Below, one piece after another: positions 29,433 to 46,920 of a stretch of 64,000 nt of DNA. Both the position numbers and the translations under genes were made by a program. The DNA lies in NCBI RefSeq assembly GCF_009914755.1, contig NC_060938.1, one strand, 5' to 3'. Each line of letters starts with the position of its first letter. Position 1 is the first letter of the stretch. The notes beneath the pieces were generated by a model. It was given only the letters and a program-made list of their open reading frames with translations. It ran no database searches and was not told the DNA's origin. Source of the DNA: the human T2T-CHM13v2.0 reference genome, Homo sapiens.

Positions 29433-30989
29433 TCAGGCTAGTATCTAATCCCTAAAGTAAACTCACTATTTTTAGCACTCAATAAGTTTTTTTCTTTATT
29501 GTTTTCATTGGTTGTGTCAGTTAAAAGGCCTTTTTTTTTTTTTTTTTTTTTTTGCTGAAACATGGACTAAGCCTCACTGCCTCTCCCTCCCCTTTGGTTG
29601 TAGAGATAGGGACTCCATAGAGAAGAAATCAGGCATACGTATCCTTCTGGCAATTAGTGAATGAATAAAGGAGTATCTTTGATACCAGGCCAGAATGTGA
29701 GTTATCAACAAGTGGGAGTATCTTAAATGCTCTGAAGTTACATTACTAACGGTCCCATCATTCCCTGTCCTAAACTCTATCTTCACTGGCTGATTTCTTA
29801 TAATCAGAGAGAGGAAACAATTGAAAATTTGTCAGTTCCTCACGCTTACAAGATTGAAAACAATTCCAGATGGGCTGTCTATAGTTACCTATCATTTTCC
29901 AAATTGAAACATGGAGCTGTCAGGTTCTCAGCTTTCTTCAGTCCCCGGTATTGCAAGTTGCTTAACATGACTTCTCCACCTGAGGCATCCTATTGTGTAT
30001 TTCAGGAAAGGGAAAAGAGGATTAAAAAATAAAAAAAAACAAACAAGCCATCTTTCTTGCTCAGTCAAGTTCCCTTCAAATAGGCTTTATGGAATTCCCA
30101 CACAATACTTCTATTTACATATTACATGGTGTCCTCTAGTTGCAAGGGAAATATCATTATTATTATTAGTAGTAGTAGTACTAGGGGATGGATGTTCCTA
30201 TTACTCAGATTTGATCACTATACATTGAATATTTGTACCAAAATATGTACCCCATAAATATATGTAATTCTTACATATGCATAAATATTTTTAATTTGAA
30301 AAGATAGATTTGTGTCATAGCATTCATCAATCACTTCACATCATTTCTGTGGATCTTGGGGAAAATAATGAAAATAATGGAAACATGAAGCTGATGCTAC
30401 CTGTTGTGCCTTGAACAATAAAGTTTTTTGCCTCTGACTGAGGAGCCTCTGCCAGTCTTCTGGCAGCATCTATAGAACTATTGCAGGGTAACTATTAACT
30501 TTCAAGTAAAGTAGAAGTTCAGAACCTTCACAGTTCTTAACAATGTGAACGAAGAAGAAAAAGAAAAAAAAAAAAAAAGAGCAACATCTTGGACTAGCCA
30601 ACATGTACAGGTCAGGAGAAATGGAAGATCCAGAAAAGGAGAAGAAGAAGAAATAGACATTGAGATGGGAGCACAACCAGAAGAATTAATTTTACTCTTT
30701 AAAATGAAATCCTATGTTTAAAATATATGTTTCAAGTAAAAGGTCTTTTTTGCTCTTTCACTATCCAAGTGTTTAGATAGGTTATTAGCTACTAGATCCA
30801 GCAAGATGTAGAAACTATAAGGAATTTAACTAGACTTAAATTAAATAGTAAAGATTTATCCTTAGAGTTTAATAATTCATGAGCACCGAACAGGACTTAT
30901 CTATATATCTGTGAAAAAATGCAATCTCTTTAATAAAAAGACACTGCTAATTTCATACAAGCAATACAAATATTGATGGCTATCTGGGC

Positions 30990-31330
30990 ATTTTACTTTA
31001 TTTTAAAATAATTGTAGATTAAAATGCAGGTATATGTAATGATATAATGAGATCCTGTATACCCTACACTCTTTTCTTTCACAGTAACATCTTGCATAAC
31101 TATAGTAAAAGCACAGCCAAAAAATTGGCATTGATAAAACCCACTTACCTTATTCACGTTCACCAGTTTTACATTCATTTATGTGTGTGAATATATTTGT
31201 TTATATGCAATTGTATCATATGTGTAGATTCATGTGATCGCTACCACATTCAAGATACAGAACAGTTCCTTTACAAGGATACCTTTTGCCACCCTTGTTG
31301 AGCCATAGCCACCTCCTTCCTTTCCCAAAT
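30990..31330 (-). mobile_element. L1MC-type 3' end fragment
   Basis: gagatcctgtataccc..gtaacatcttgcataactatagta..ttggcattgata motif. Confidence 0.7.
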
Positions 31331-31546
31331 AAGAATTAGCCAAATGAAAGAGAGAGAGAGTTGTTGGGCAGAAAAAGACACGCAAACTTTATGTGACATG
31401 AGAAAGTGTGTCAAACTGAAAAAAACAGCAATTTTCACTCTATTGCTAATTTATTTTATGTAGCTTTTATGTGTATACTTATAAACTGCCTTGTTTGTTG
31501 GGGGATAACAATTTGTATGAGAACAATTTGTATGACAGATAGAGCC

Positions 31547-31890
<344 letters not shown>

Positions 31891-34029
31891 TAAAAAAAAA
31901 TTTTTTTATTTTATCACTGGTAGTCAATTCTCAGCAACTTACTATACAAATGTTATCAAATTTCTTCCATTTATTTTAAATGTCTACATTATGATAAAAT
32001 AAGACTATATAATCAAAGAAAATAACATCCAATGCATTCCCAGATTCCTAGTTGTAAATATGATATGGCAATGATTTATAAATTTACCGGTATTATAACA
32101 ATATACTTCTTTTATAAGTTAGAAAGTGACACATGCCATGTGGGTTCAAAGAGAAAAAGAGAAGGAGATAGATTCTTGCTAGAAGATGGTGGAGTCTTTA
32201 TAATATAGAGTCCATAAACTCTTATCGCCAGAGTTTTTGTTTGTTTGTTTGTTTGTTTGTTTGCTTTTTTCTCCTGGCCAAGGAAAGTTCCCATTGGCAT
32301 ATGGCATGAAAATAAAGTTTAACTGTGCTTCTCTTCTTATGTTAAATTATGTAGTAATACTCATTTGCTAGTGATGCCAAATTCTCTGTGATCGACCTTC
32401 CTGTACTTCTGATCAACAACCAGAACTCAGATTCATAGACAGCTGCTTCTCTACCAGAATCAGTGAGCAGATCAGGTGAGGTTTCCCACCCTATTCTTTT
32501 CTGTCCCTTCAGTCTCCTAAGAGATAATCAAACCAAGTTGTGAAGACAAATGTAACAATTCCATAAGGGAAGTACAATATAAAAATGAAATATTAGTCTC
32601 TCATAATTGTGGACTGAACTCTAGATCTCCAAGGGAAAGAGACCTTTGGAAGTTTTTCCGGATGTCTGCTTCTCCCATCTCTACCAAGGTTCCACTTACT
32701 CAGCTTTACTTTTTCTTTCCGAAGGCAATCTTATTTTCAGGTCTCTTCATTCATATCTCCAGTAACATTCCTGGAAACATAACTTCTCCTATGGACAGGT
32801 GGAAATCTTGTTCCTTAAGTCTCTCTATTCCCTGATACCCTCTCCTTCTTTGCCAGTTCTGAGTTGTTGGAACCCCTGAACTTCATCAGTGTTATCTTTT
32901 GCTTCCCCAGTTTGAAGATGAGCCAGGAACTCTACAACCCCTTTTCCAAGAACAAGATGTATCACCCGGTCAGGATCTCTTTTTTAAAAAATTTTCTCAC
33001 CCATTTGAGGTATAGATACGCCAGTTCACTTTAGTAAAGATCCTGTTCAGTTAAGCCTATGCATGTTTCTAAGTACATATATTAACTATCATAGAATTTA
33101 TCAATTAGTGAAGCAGCTGACCCATTTTCTAAAGTCGTTAGGTTCATGTAATTCAACATTAACTTCAAAAGTTTCTGATTCTGCCGGTAATGTTGCCCTG
33201 GTGAGGTGAGGTTGCAGTCGGGAGGCGGGTGGCCAGTTTTCCCTTTACAATGCCATATGTGTTGATGGGATGTAGAAATAGGAGTAACGAGTCCCACATA
33301 TAAAATCAGAAAGTTGTAGGGAGTGCAGGGAAGCAGTCAATAATTTGCCTGGGCAAATACTAGTTGTGTGGAATTACCTCAAAGACTAGGAAACAGGTAA
33401 AATGATAGAAAACTTTCGTAGAAAGGACAAGATTCTAATCAGTCTTTAGAAAACCAAATGGTGCAACATGCATGGAAAGGTATAGAAAGGGTTAAAGTGG
33501 AGTGAAAAACTGAGCACAGTGAGACTATTAAAATAATCCCGGTGAGATAGCACTAAAATAACTTTCATTCATATTGCCTCCAAGACTACAAATGTCTCTG
33601 CTGCATAGAATAATATGAAAATGAATGAATTTTGTAACCAGATTCTGAAAAAAATGACCTAGTAAATGAAATAAAACAGAGTGAGAGATAGGAATTTTGC
33701 AAACTGTTAACTTTCTCAAAACATCAAGATACAATATTTTATTCTGTTATATTAAAAAAACCCTGAAATATTTATCTTCATGTTTAGACACCACTTTGGT
33801 CTTGAGAGAATATGGTAGGAACATGCTAATCATTTTGCATAAATTTGGTAAATATGTTTTGATTCCTCTCATTTTTCTAATATTAGTGCTATATGAGACT
33901 GTAGTACCTGATACACAAGTCTACTACAGTGATGTATTATTGAGCTATAAATTTTAATTTCCATACCTCCATAAATATGATCATTTTATAAAATACCTAA
34001 TCTTCTGATGCAATCTGAGATAATAAAAT

Positions 34030-34195
34030 TATAATCGAAGTAGCTAATATGTGATATGCATAATCATTTAACTTTAAAGCAAGGAGTTACTCTTGTTCAA
34101 TTTTACAGATAAGGAGAATGAGGCTTGCAGAAGCTTTGTAAATTTTTTAGTAAGTTGTAGAGCTGATATTTCAAACTGGTTCTGTCTCCAAACAT
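34030..34195 (-). mobile_element. MIR
   Basis: attttacagataaggagaatgaggctt..agtaagttgtagagctgatatttcaaact. Confidence 0.6.
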
Positions 34196-34314
34196 ATTGC
34201 TAAAGTGTATAAGAAAAAATACATACCAAAATTGTCACTGAAGAAATGTTAATTCTAAGACTCATTCAAAATGTCAGCTTAGTTGTTCTCCAAAGCCAGG
34301 ACCAACTGTTATTA

Positions 34315-34722
<408 letters not shown>

Positions 34723-36609
34723 TCCATGAAGCTCTTTTAAAGAATTATGAACAAGAATAGACTTTCTTTAGAGTATATTTGATTTGGTTCTGAAAGATAT
34801 TTTAGCCAATCGAGAAAGGAACTTGTGTTACACGGTCTCCTGCTGGCAAATGTGTAGCATTGTTGCTTCTTCTTCTTCCAAACTTGCCTTGCGTTTAAAT
34901 CTGGTGCTCAATAAAACAATAAATTCTTTTGGTAGGATAAGTCAGGAAACTAAGAATTAGAGTTTTCTCTTTAAACTACTCTTTTTTTCAGGTTAATTAC
35001 TCAACAGCATCAGAAGGTTTTTCTCATTTTTCTCTCCCTTCCTAAGAGCCATTTGTTCTAATTTCTCAAGAGCTGAAGTAACATTGCCTTTCTTTAATGG
35101 GAGCTCTAGGAAACACTGAAACGTCAGCAGGCATTTTCCATAATCAACATCCAACTCATAGCTTATGATACCAGGGTCTTCTCATGTACCCCCTCATCCT
35201 TACTTGTCAACATCAAAACTTGATTTCAATGGAGTACCTAATTAGCACAAATTCATTAAGGTATAAAGAATATATTATTTGCATTTTAATAGAGGATAAA
35301 AGCCTTAGGCCACAAAAAAAGAATCTCAATGATAGAATTTAGGCCTTGAAAAGATGGGGGAACTCTTTGGGAAAGTAAACTCATGATCTCCTCTCATTCC
35401 ATCTAAAATCACCAACCTATGCAGCCAATTATATATCTCTTAAAAGCAAATGAAATGAGTTTGATTCCAAGGTGCTGACATAGACCATTCTTGCTAAAAC
35501 GAACTTTGATGACACATAGAACACTAAGCTGTGATAATTATACTTTTAACACCTTAATCCATGTATTCATTAGCCATCCCGATAATTAGAAAAACACTAG
35601 AAAATGAGCTTTAGGAGACAGCTGTCTCACTGAATGCTGATAACAGAAACAGAATTTTAATTTCACAAATGAAGAAAAGCATACAAGTTAACTAGCTCAA
35701 TGATGTACCTTGAATTAGCTTTCCCTCCTTCCCTGTTTCATTCTTTCTAGTACTTCCTTTCTTATTCCTTGCCAGGAAGATAGTTGCATGCGAGGCCGCA
35801 TCTCTACATCTGAGACAGCTGGTTCCAAGAGTGGTCCTAATAGCAGCAAAAGAACTGGCTACCTGGCCAGGGGCCTGAAACTATGGGTGGAAGTGTGAGA
35901 GAGGGCAAAAGTATGATCATCTTGAATCACATATATGAGTTTCAGAGAACATCTACACTGAAAGAGACAATAAATTCACAACATATAATATAAATATATG
36001 AATATCAGAAATATTGAACAAACATTCCCACAGAGAGGATCATCCTTTTCCAACTTACCTTAGAGCATCGTTTAGTGGATATACGAAAACATAGCTATCA
36101 GCACACCTGACATTTAAACATCTGCAAGTGTTCCCAAAGGGAAATAAATTCCGTTATGAAAATTATGACTGCTCTCTTGTTCTGCTTTGGGCTTTAGTTG
36201 TTGTTATGCTTGATGCCAATCATCCAAAAGTTTTAGAGGCATGAAATATGCCTTTCTACACTCACCCATGCACATTCACAATGTTAAAGTACCTTGAATG
36301 AGAAAAATACATAAGCAACATAGAATCACATGTGAGAAAATCTGTGCAGGTTACACACATTTAAGATTTTCATAGAAAGAAAATAACTTTATTGGGGTAA
36401 GATTAGAAATGAATTTAAAATTGACTTTTTACAAAAAGGAAGAATTTGATATGGCAAGGAGCAAGAGCAAAGTTAATGTTACACAAGAATGGAAATAACA
36501 TGTGTGGTGGAAAAGAACTGTTGATAATTATTTCATCATTTCTAAGAGACAGGCTGTGTCTGGGTACTTTGCATGTGTTAACTGTCATCCCCAGATTATG
36601 CATACCCCT

Positions 36610-37830
<1,221 letters not shown>

Positions 37831-37947
37831 TTATCTTTGAAAACCCTGTAAGATATGTTTTAATCCTAATTGTAATAAAATAAAATTGCTGACAGAAATC
37901 TTAAATAGCTCTTCCTCCATCAGTAACTAATAAGAATTACAATTCAG

Positions 37948-38249
37948 GGCTGGGTGCGGTGGCTCAGGCCTGTAATCCCAGCACTTTGGGAGGCCGAGGC
38001 AGGTGGATCACAAGGTCAGGAGTTCGAGACCAGCATGGCAAATATGGTGAAACTCTGTCTTTACTTAAAAAAATACAAAAAATAGCCTGGTGTAGTGGCG
38101 CACATCTATAATCCAGCTACTCTGGAGGCTGAGGCATGAGAATCGCTTGAACCCAGGAGGCCGAGGCTGCAGTGAGCCGAGATAGAGCTACTGAACTTCA
38201 GCCTGGGTGACAGAGTGACACTCTGTCTCAAAAAAAAAAAAAAAAAAAA
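37948..38249 (+). mobile_element. AluS (Sg-like), inserted in a MIR
   Basis: Sense Alu; TSD aattacaattcag. Confidence 0.95.
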
Positions 38250-39639
38250 CAATTACAATTCAGATTTATACCTGGGCTCAAAGCCTACATTTCAAATAAG
38301 CATTCCATACCCCCTTTCCATGATAGGACTGTAAGAAGCAGAGGTAAAAATGAGCAGAAGATGCATAATAGGAAATAATAAGAGGTAGGTTTGATAGGTT
38401 GTATTTTTATACTAAGATGTAACATAAAATCCACTACATTTAAACTCTTCATTTATCTATACTTGACTCAGATATTACAGGAAGCTTATTCTAGCTCATA
38501 AATATAAATTTAAAAGGAAATTGAAGATAATTCTTGCTGAGATCTTAAGTGTTATATATTATTATTTTATTACAATAATATAAAATACATTAATATCTTG
38601 AACATGTCTTCCATTAAATAACTCCACATATTCAAGTGCTATTTGAAAATTTTTCAGTTTCTGAGAGGAAAAAATGTAGCAATAATAGACTGAGTTATTG
38701 CAAAAAAATTTTTTTTTAAATGTTATTTAGGAACTACTATTTGCTAATGGCTATAGCTTAGAAGAGCATGAGTAATAAAATGTGTTAGTTTCCAGAATTA
38801 TCATGAAACACTTTCAATCAACCTGATGAAGACTGGGGTTATAATCTCAACCTCAGTGTGACACATCACTAGGGATACTGAGTAAAGTCATCTCTAAATA
38901 TTTAATACTGTATGATACTCCTAAATTGTCCTCCTATAGCTGAGATATGCCATCTGAAAATGCTAGCATGCATGTAAGTGTTAAATCAACAACAAATTAT
39001 TTATTTTAAATTCTAAATCATGTGTTAGGCAAAGTAATAACTATTAGAAAACTAGAAGCTTGCTTCAGCTACACCAATAACTATTTGCAAAGTATTTGCT
39101 GTCAGTTTTTGGATTTGTAAAATAATTTAATTAAATGCCTTCAACTTTTGTTCTGGTCTCATGTGCTACATGCTTACCTAGACTCCAGTGGATATTATTT
39201 ATTTCCTTGACCTGGCTTTAAAAGCCATTTTTCAATCTCTGAATTTGATCAAAAAGTTTTTTTTTTTCTATTTGTTTCAAGATTAGCTTTGTTTCTCCAA
39301 GTACATGATAAGCTTCACTGGGGCTTAAATGTTGTTTTACCCTTCTTTGTAACTTCAAGAACACCAAGTTTAGTAGTTTGTGATCCATTAAAAAATTAAA
39401 GATGTAAATATTAGCTTTTCTTAAGTACCACTCTATGAAAAATGTAGTCAAATGGGATTTAATTTAATTAACACCCATGGAAAGAGGCAAAATGTATCCT
39501 GATTAGAATACAATAAAGTGATACTGCATATCTTAAAAATGGATATACCAATTGAAAGACAAGGCTTTTAGGGCAAAAAACTATATAATGTGACCATGAT
39601 TATCCAGAGTAATTACAAATGGTATTATACAGGTTATCT

Positions 39640-40440
39640 TTTCTGACAAGTAGTTTGGAAGTCATCATTCTCATCTTCATAACAATAAAAAGACTAAACA
39701 CACTGGAAAACAATAACTTTTCTTAGATCTACCAGAGAACTGAGGTCATAGGACAGCCATCCAAATCTCGAGAGACAAGATAGTCAGATGTTAGCAGCTG
39801 GGATCTGCTTACCTAGAACAGAAACTTCTAGAACAATAAACGAATTGAAGCATTTAAATGGTAATTTTCAAAAACTGCTGAAGACTGACTGCAGACTAGC
39901 ATTAGAATGAGAAACTCCTGCAGATCACTATTTAAGGGGGATGCCCAACACTTTGGTTAGTTTTATCTCCAAGAACCCTAACAGGTTCCTTATTGTGAAG
40001 AACCAAGAATACTCTCTTTATCGCACTGGAAGGGGGAAAGGAAGAATAGTCATTGTGAAATATACCCACAGCTTTTTCCACAACAAAATTTTATCTGGGA
40101 AAGACGGCTAGGGAGATTTTATCAGAGCCTCATCCCACCTGAGATAAGGGCATTTCTTAGTCTTCAGAACCCTCTAATCTTCCTGCATCATCTTTAGGAG
40201 TGGGAAAGCTAAGAAATAGTTGGAAAGGCCAGAGTCCAGAGAAACAGACTCACATAAACACTGAGATATAATTATAAGTTTACAACGTGGTCTCTGTTCC
40301 CCATATCTTACCGCATCCACCATGGGAATCAATTATTAACAATGGATTATAACTGAAAGAGCTGTAAGACACAGACTCTATCTAAGAAGGAGTACTTAGG
40401 GAAGCATAAAGACATCAGAGAGGACAAAAACAAATACACT
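39640..40440 (+). mobile_element. Ancient L1M (MC/MD) 5' region; appears to resume at ~41070-41112
   Basis: ttcttagatctaccagagaactgaggtcatagg..., gagctgtaagacacagactcta motifs. Confidence 0.65.
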
Positions 40441-41068
40441 TAGGTGTTTTCAATGACTTTGCTATTGTAAGTCGTGCTGTGATAAACATAAAAATGCAGG
40501 TATCTTTTTAAAATGATTTATTTTCCTTTGAATAGACACCCAGCAGTGGAATTGCTGGGTCAAACTGTAGTTCAGTTTTTAGTTCTTTGAGGAATCTCCA
40601 TACTGTTTTCCATGGAGGTGGTAATAATTTACATTCCCACCAATAGTGTATGAGCATTCTCTTTTCCTCACATATATGCCAACATCTGTTGTTTTACTGG
40701 CTTTTTAATAAAAGCCATTCTGACTGATGTATTCATAAGATGATATCTCAGTGTGGTTTTCATCTGCATTTCACTGATGATGAGTTATGTTGATAATTTT
40801 AAATGCGTTTGTTGGCTGCTTTTGAGAAATGTCTGTTCATAACCTTTGTCCAGTTTTTAATGGGGTTGTTTGATTTTTTCTTCTTGAGTTGAGTTCCCTG
40901 TATATTCTAGATATTATTCATTTGTCAGAGTCATAATTTGTAAATATTTTCTCCCATTCTGATGAGTACAATATAAACCCAACCCTCACCACCACACAAG
41001 TAATATCCATGTAACAAAGAAATACATATATCCTCAAATCTATAAAAGAAATGCAAAAAAAAAAAAAC
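40441..41068 (+). mobile_element. 5'-inverted L1PB/L1MA insertion
   Basis: Antisense ORF2 end at 40441-40961, then sense 3' terminus with A tail at 40962-41068. Confidence 0.75.
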
Positions 41069-41113
41069 CCCAAGAAGATTCTTAAAACCTCTGGAATCTA
41101 CAACTACATCAAA

Positions 41114-41630
41114 TGTTGTATAGCAATTTGGCAATTTCTCAAAGAACTTAAAGCAGAATTACCATTTAGCACAGTAATCCCAATATTGAGTATATACTGT
41201 AAGAAATATAAATTGTTCTACCATAAAAACATATGCACACGTGTTCATTGCAGCACTATTCACAATAGCAAAGACATGGAATCAACCTAAATGCCCATCA
41301 ACAGTAGACTGGATATAAAAATTATGGTAAACATAAAACATGGAATACTATGCAGCCATAAAAAAGAATAAAATCATGTTATTTGCAGCAGCATGGATGG
41401 AGCTGGAGGCCATTATCCTAATTCATGAACAGAAAACCAAATATTACATGTTCTCACTTATATGGGGGAGCTAAACATTGAGTACACATGGACCCAAAGA
41501 AGGGAGCAATATACACTGGGGCCTACTTTAGGGTGGAGGATGAGAGGAAGATGAGGATAAAAAAACTACCTATCTGGTACTATGCTTATTACCTGAGTGG
41601 ATAAATAATCTGAATAACAAAACCCCCATA
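41114..41630 (+). mobile_element. L1PA15/16-like 3' fragment
   Basis: ORF2 end and 3' UTR (aaaaactacctatc..tactatgcttattacctg). Confidence 0.85.
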
Positions 41631-41638
41631 TTCTAGAC

Positions 41639-42171
41639 CAGCTCGGTCCAATAAAACATAATGTGAGCCACATGTGAAATTGTTAATTTCCAAGAAGTCA
41701 CATTTTAAAAAAGTAAAAGTCATAGGTAAAATTAATTTTATTATTATATGTTACCTAATATAATCATTTACATATATTTAACCATAAATTTTATTAATGA
41801 AATATTTACATTATTTTTCTCTTAGTAAGTCTTAACATTTAGTGTGCATTTTATACTTAATGCACATTTCAATTCAGATGCTAAATTTTCCTTGGAAACA
41901 CTTGATCTGTATAAAGATTTCAAGAAATTAGAGTTGAAAAAGTATATTTTTCTAAACAATATATTTATGCTGTTATTCTAAATAGAAGTTTTTCAGTAAC
42001 TACATTAAATATTGGTTTTTAATTTTATTTAAGTTAAAGTACCTTAAAATTTTAATTTAAGATTAGAAATCTAAAATTAAAATTAAAAATTTTTGTTCCT
42101 TAGTTGCTAGACACATTTCAATTGCTTGATATTTAATATATGGCTAGAGGCTGTCATATTGAACAGTTAAA
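41639..42171. mobile_element. hAT Charlie5-family MITE (MER3/MER33 related)
   Basis: Termini gtccaata..gagccacat / tatggctag..tattgaacag; 8-bp TSD ttctagac/ttctagag. Confidence 0.8.
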
Positions 42172-44705
42172 TTCTAGAGCTTTCTAGAATATAGAATGAA
42201 AACCACTGGGTTAGTCAAAATGCTTCTCAAGACTATCATTCAGGAGGCTACTGCCATGATCGCCAAGAAGCATCCAGCTTAGTATTTGGCATCTGAGTAT
42301 ACTGATAAAATCCTGCTCCTAGACCTACAAGGTGGAATTTCAGACTACAGACCTACTTAATTCAGTGATACAATAACATTCTGAAGGATCTGGGAAGCCA
42401 GCTTGCTAGGCAGAATTTCCCTGGCAGCCCTCTCTTTCAACGTGTACTTTGCTTTCAAAATGTCAACATAACGTCACTCTGAGATTTGCTCATCTCACAG
42501 ATAGCAAAGTCAGCTTTTTAAATTAAGCAGCCTAACCTGGAAGCCATAATAAGTATGAAATAGATTAGGCAGGAGTTATTCCCCAAAGTCTTGTCAATCC
42601 ACCAGCTTAAAGCAATGCTGATCACTGCTCTAATACTTGCAGGTAGTTGCTGAGGATAGTCAAATAACTCCCAGATGGACTGTTGAAAGGAGGAAGAACT
42701 ACATCAGTGAAAGCATAATCACAAAGTGAATTATAATTTCAAGCAATGTGGCTTAATTGTGGGTAATAGAGGGTATAGTAATATGAGGTGAAGCAATCAA
42801 ACAAAATTAATGCAGTCTTAACTTAGGCTACTTGAGTTTCAGAACTGTGAAAAGTAACTCTTCAAGGAGTACTAATTATTGAAAATGGTAGAAGTCTTTG
42901 TCAAGGATGGCCTTCAACTGGAATTTCATCTGTCAAAATTCTGAATACTAGACATGGACCCCTGAGGAAAGGAATAGATGGAATTCATTATGTAACACTT
43001 CTCTCGCTTTGCTGTTCTTTCCTTTCTTTGTCCTTTCATAACCCTAGAGGGTACAAATGAACACAGCCATGGTGCCTTACCTTAAATTTGTTGTACTTGA
43101 GTCCACTCTACCCAGCAGTCTTCCCATAAAGGAAATTTGGTTTGACTGTGTTTTACATAAGTTTATTCCTAATGTGAACAGAAGCTCTATTCAGTAGAAT
43201 TAGGAACAGTACAGACCAAACACACAAAGAACCAGAATGGATTTCAAAAAATCACGCTGGACGGTTTCTATTTGATTCAACTGCTCTGCTTTACTTATAA
43301 TTTTCTCCTAGCCAAATTGGACACATATAAAATATCAAGTTCATATACCACCTTACCACGTGAGTTATTTTTTAAATTACAGCATTTAATCATTTCACCC
43401 ACTTCTCATAAAAAAAAAAAACATATTAAAGCCTCTCAGAATCTTGAGCATCATAGCCAAGGTTCTTCACAGTATGTTCCAAATCTTTCTTTTCATTTAT
43501 ATTTTCCACTGTATTCTTTGTACCTAGGGGATTAAATTCAAAATACATCAGAGCCATTATGTTAAGTTCACTGACTGATAAATATTAACACTAGAAAACT
43601 TGGTCTGAAGAGGGTTCCTTGAGGTGCTTGCTGTACCAGGCAGGTTTTTGTTTTCACTGTTAGATATTCCCAATCCTGGAGAGATAGTGAAACCTGAGGA
43701 AGCTTCCAGGGTGGACACAGCAAAGGGGCATATTTGAAGGACTAAGGGCTATGATTATTTACCAAGGATAGTCACAGCATTTCAATATTTTAATGCCCAG
43801 AATGGCTATATCAGTGTGTACAAACTGAATGTCAGTCCAAATGCACACTGCATTATAAATTTCAGGCTTCTAACTATTCCTCATGCACAGGATCAAGCAA
43901 GTAAATATATTTTGAGTCGAATAAAATTAAAATATTCTATGAATTTTTATACCTTTGAATGTTTGCTCATAAGATTTCTTTTATATTCCTCTAGTTTTTC
44001 ATTATATACCCTCAATTCATTTTTTGTGAATTGGCTGCAACACTAGCTCTGCTCTTCCGCCTTCTCAGAACCTTAACGGTCAGAATTAATGGCTGCCTTC
44101 TCCTCAGGAAAATAACAATCAATATATATTCCTAACAGTGGCCACTATAGGAGGACTTTAATTATGGTTGCTTCTAAACTTGTTTAGAATAGGAATTCAA
44201 ATTTCATCACTTTGTAAATCTGTAATGAAAGCCAAAGGGAGTGCCTTTCCCTATATTGCTCAGTAAATGCCAAATAAAGAAATTTAAGAAGGAGCCATGA
44301 ATGCTGGATGAGTAGTCATATGGAAAAGGGATACTCATTTGAGTGCTGTAAACACTCTTTTATGTATATGAAGCCCAAAGAGTTTATTCTCTTGGAAGAA
44401 GATAAGCAGTTGTGAGCACAAAGGAGGCAAACAAGAACTAGAGCTGCTATTTTAAGGCGAGTGCTATATGCTAGTACAAAACCCCATTTTTACACTTTAA
44501 TGTTTCAATCTCATATTACTTTAATAAATCACAGTGCTTCACTTTACTTTTAATAGTGGAATAAATATTATAATGACCTTTTTACTGGACAGGAAAAAAT
44601 ATAATTTTTCCACATTGCAACACTGAGTATATTTTTCTCAACTTTCTGCTGAATAGGTCATCCAAGGGCAAGATAAAATAACTTCTTGATACCAAACTTT
44701 ATTAG

Positions 44706-45052
<347 letters not shown>

Positions 45053-46844
45053 TATTCTTTCTTTTTAAGATGACCTTCCTGTAACTCCCATTTTCCTTTT
45101 ATATTTTCTCATATATTATGTATAAAGATTCACTGAATACCATAAAAATTATTCCAAAGTTAGAGCAAAATTGCTCTTTTAGCTGTATAAACAGAACATA
45201 GCATGCTCACATCCATTACCGGCTTACTTTCCGACTCTCCTTCAAGATATTCACTGCATTAAAAATTAGAACTAACTTTTGAATAAAGTCCATAACAGGC
45301 AGTACAGTTTCTGTTCTATCTTGTATATCCTCAGCTTATTTATTTGCCTCTGAGACAGAATAGGGTAATTTGTTAAAAAGTGCTCCATCTTTTCTTTTTC
45401 ATCGGCTTTTCATTTGTTTCCAAACTTGAGTTTCCTGACTCTGTGCTATAAATGTCTAAAGGAACTGTGAATAATGAATCTCCTATTGCTTTTTTCCATT
45501 TTGTAATTTTGACCTTTCATTTCCAAGTAAACCCTTCTAATAAGGACTATTTTAAACTGCATGTGGTTTCCATCAGCACAGGTATTAGAAATGACTTACA
45601 GTGTTAGTTCTATTATATAAACCACTGACTTTCCCTTAGGCTTGTGGTAAGTAGATGACTAAGAAATTTATTTTCTTTATCTTTGTCTCTCATTTTCACC
45701 TCTGATGTCTACCTACACCAAATGAGAGAAGAAATAATGATCCCTCAAAAAGTTTTCCAACATCTCATTCTATTTTGTCAATCCTTTTATTTCAGTGCAG
45801 AGTTTTGTTAATCAAATCATTGTGGAGACTTTTCTAAAGTTGGTACATATATTTGCTTTCGTTTTTAATTCTTATTTTCACCAAGAGTCAGTGAATTCAT
45901 GACTTGTTTGGTACATTTTTGTAGCTCATTTCACGTATACTTTATATTTTCAATGATATAAATCATTTTTTTTTCCTCTGGGGTGTATACAAAAAAAGTG
46001 AGAATGGTTGTGGGAGGGAGTATCTTATAATAATGGGTTTATATTTAGGGAGCAGTGGAGGAAATAAAAGGCTTTTTTATGTTTGACGCAAACTTTTTTC
46101 TGCAAGTTAAGCCTTTCTCCTTTTGTTTGTTAAGATAAAAATAATTTACATTATTCTCTAAAGGCATGTGCCAATGTGGAACACATTAAAAGTCTTACTG
46201 AAACACATATATTTTCTTACATATTCCATCTCCTATACTTCCCAGGTACTTTATCCTGAAATGTGACACGAAAGTAATATAAAACAGATTTAAAAATTAT
46301 TTGTAACCAGTTAGTGCACTAAAACAAATAATTACTTTCTAAATCTTGGTCTTGAGATTTATGAACCAGTATAAAATTAATTGATATAGATATGGCTATA
46401 ATTGCAGATTACAAATCTCAAAAATTTACTATTCCTGACTCTTCCTTATAACCAAATGTAATGCATTATAATCTTTGTTTTTAACCAAAAACCAGAAATT
46501 TCAAAAATTATTCTTGCTTAATTTTTTCAGTGGTTTATAATTCAAGTAAGGAAAAAATAATTGTTATGACTAACACAAATTCATTCTGTTGCCGTTTAAG
46601 CTTTTGGTTTTTTGCTTGTTATTGAGACACAGAAAATCATCATCCTCTTGTAAGATTCTATTAGATGCTTAGAGAAAATAAAACTACTATCTAAGCCTTT
46701 TGTTTGTTTTATTGTTATGGACATGTTCATATTTTGACAGCAATCCCCTGGACACGCTCTCACTCATTTTCTGATTTCAAACTTCCTGAATGCATACTGA
46801 CTCAGGAATAAAGTCAGATTTTCTTTTCAGAAGATTCGTGAGTG

Positions 46845-46920
46845 TTTTCTTTTGTTTCTTTCTTGTGTATATGTTTTTGTTTGTTTGTTTTTGTTTTTTT
46901 TTTTGGTTTTTATTTTTTTG
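46845..46920. repeat. T-rich low-complexity (GTTT)-like tract
   Basis: Direct inspection. Confidence 0.8.

Noticed and set aside
42240-42540. Protein-like minus-strand reading (RYVDILKAKYTLKERAAREILPSKLASQILQNV) after a ttccag acceptor
   Set aside because: Three stops in the first 21 codons and no clear donor; indistinguishable from chance by eye.
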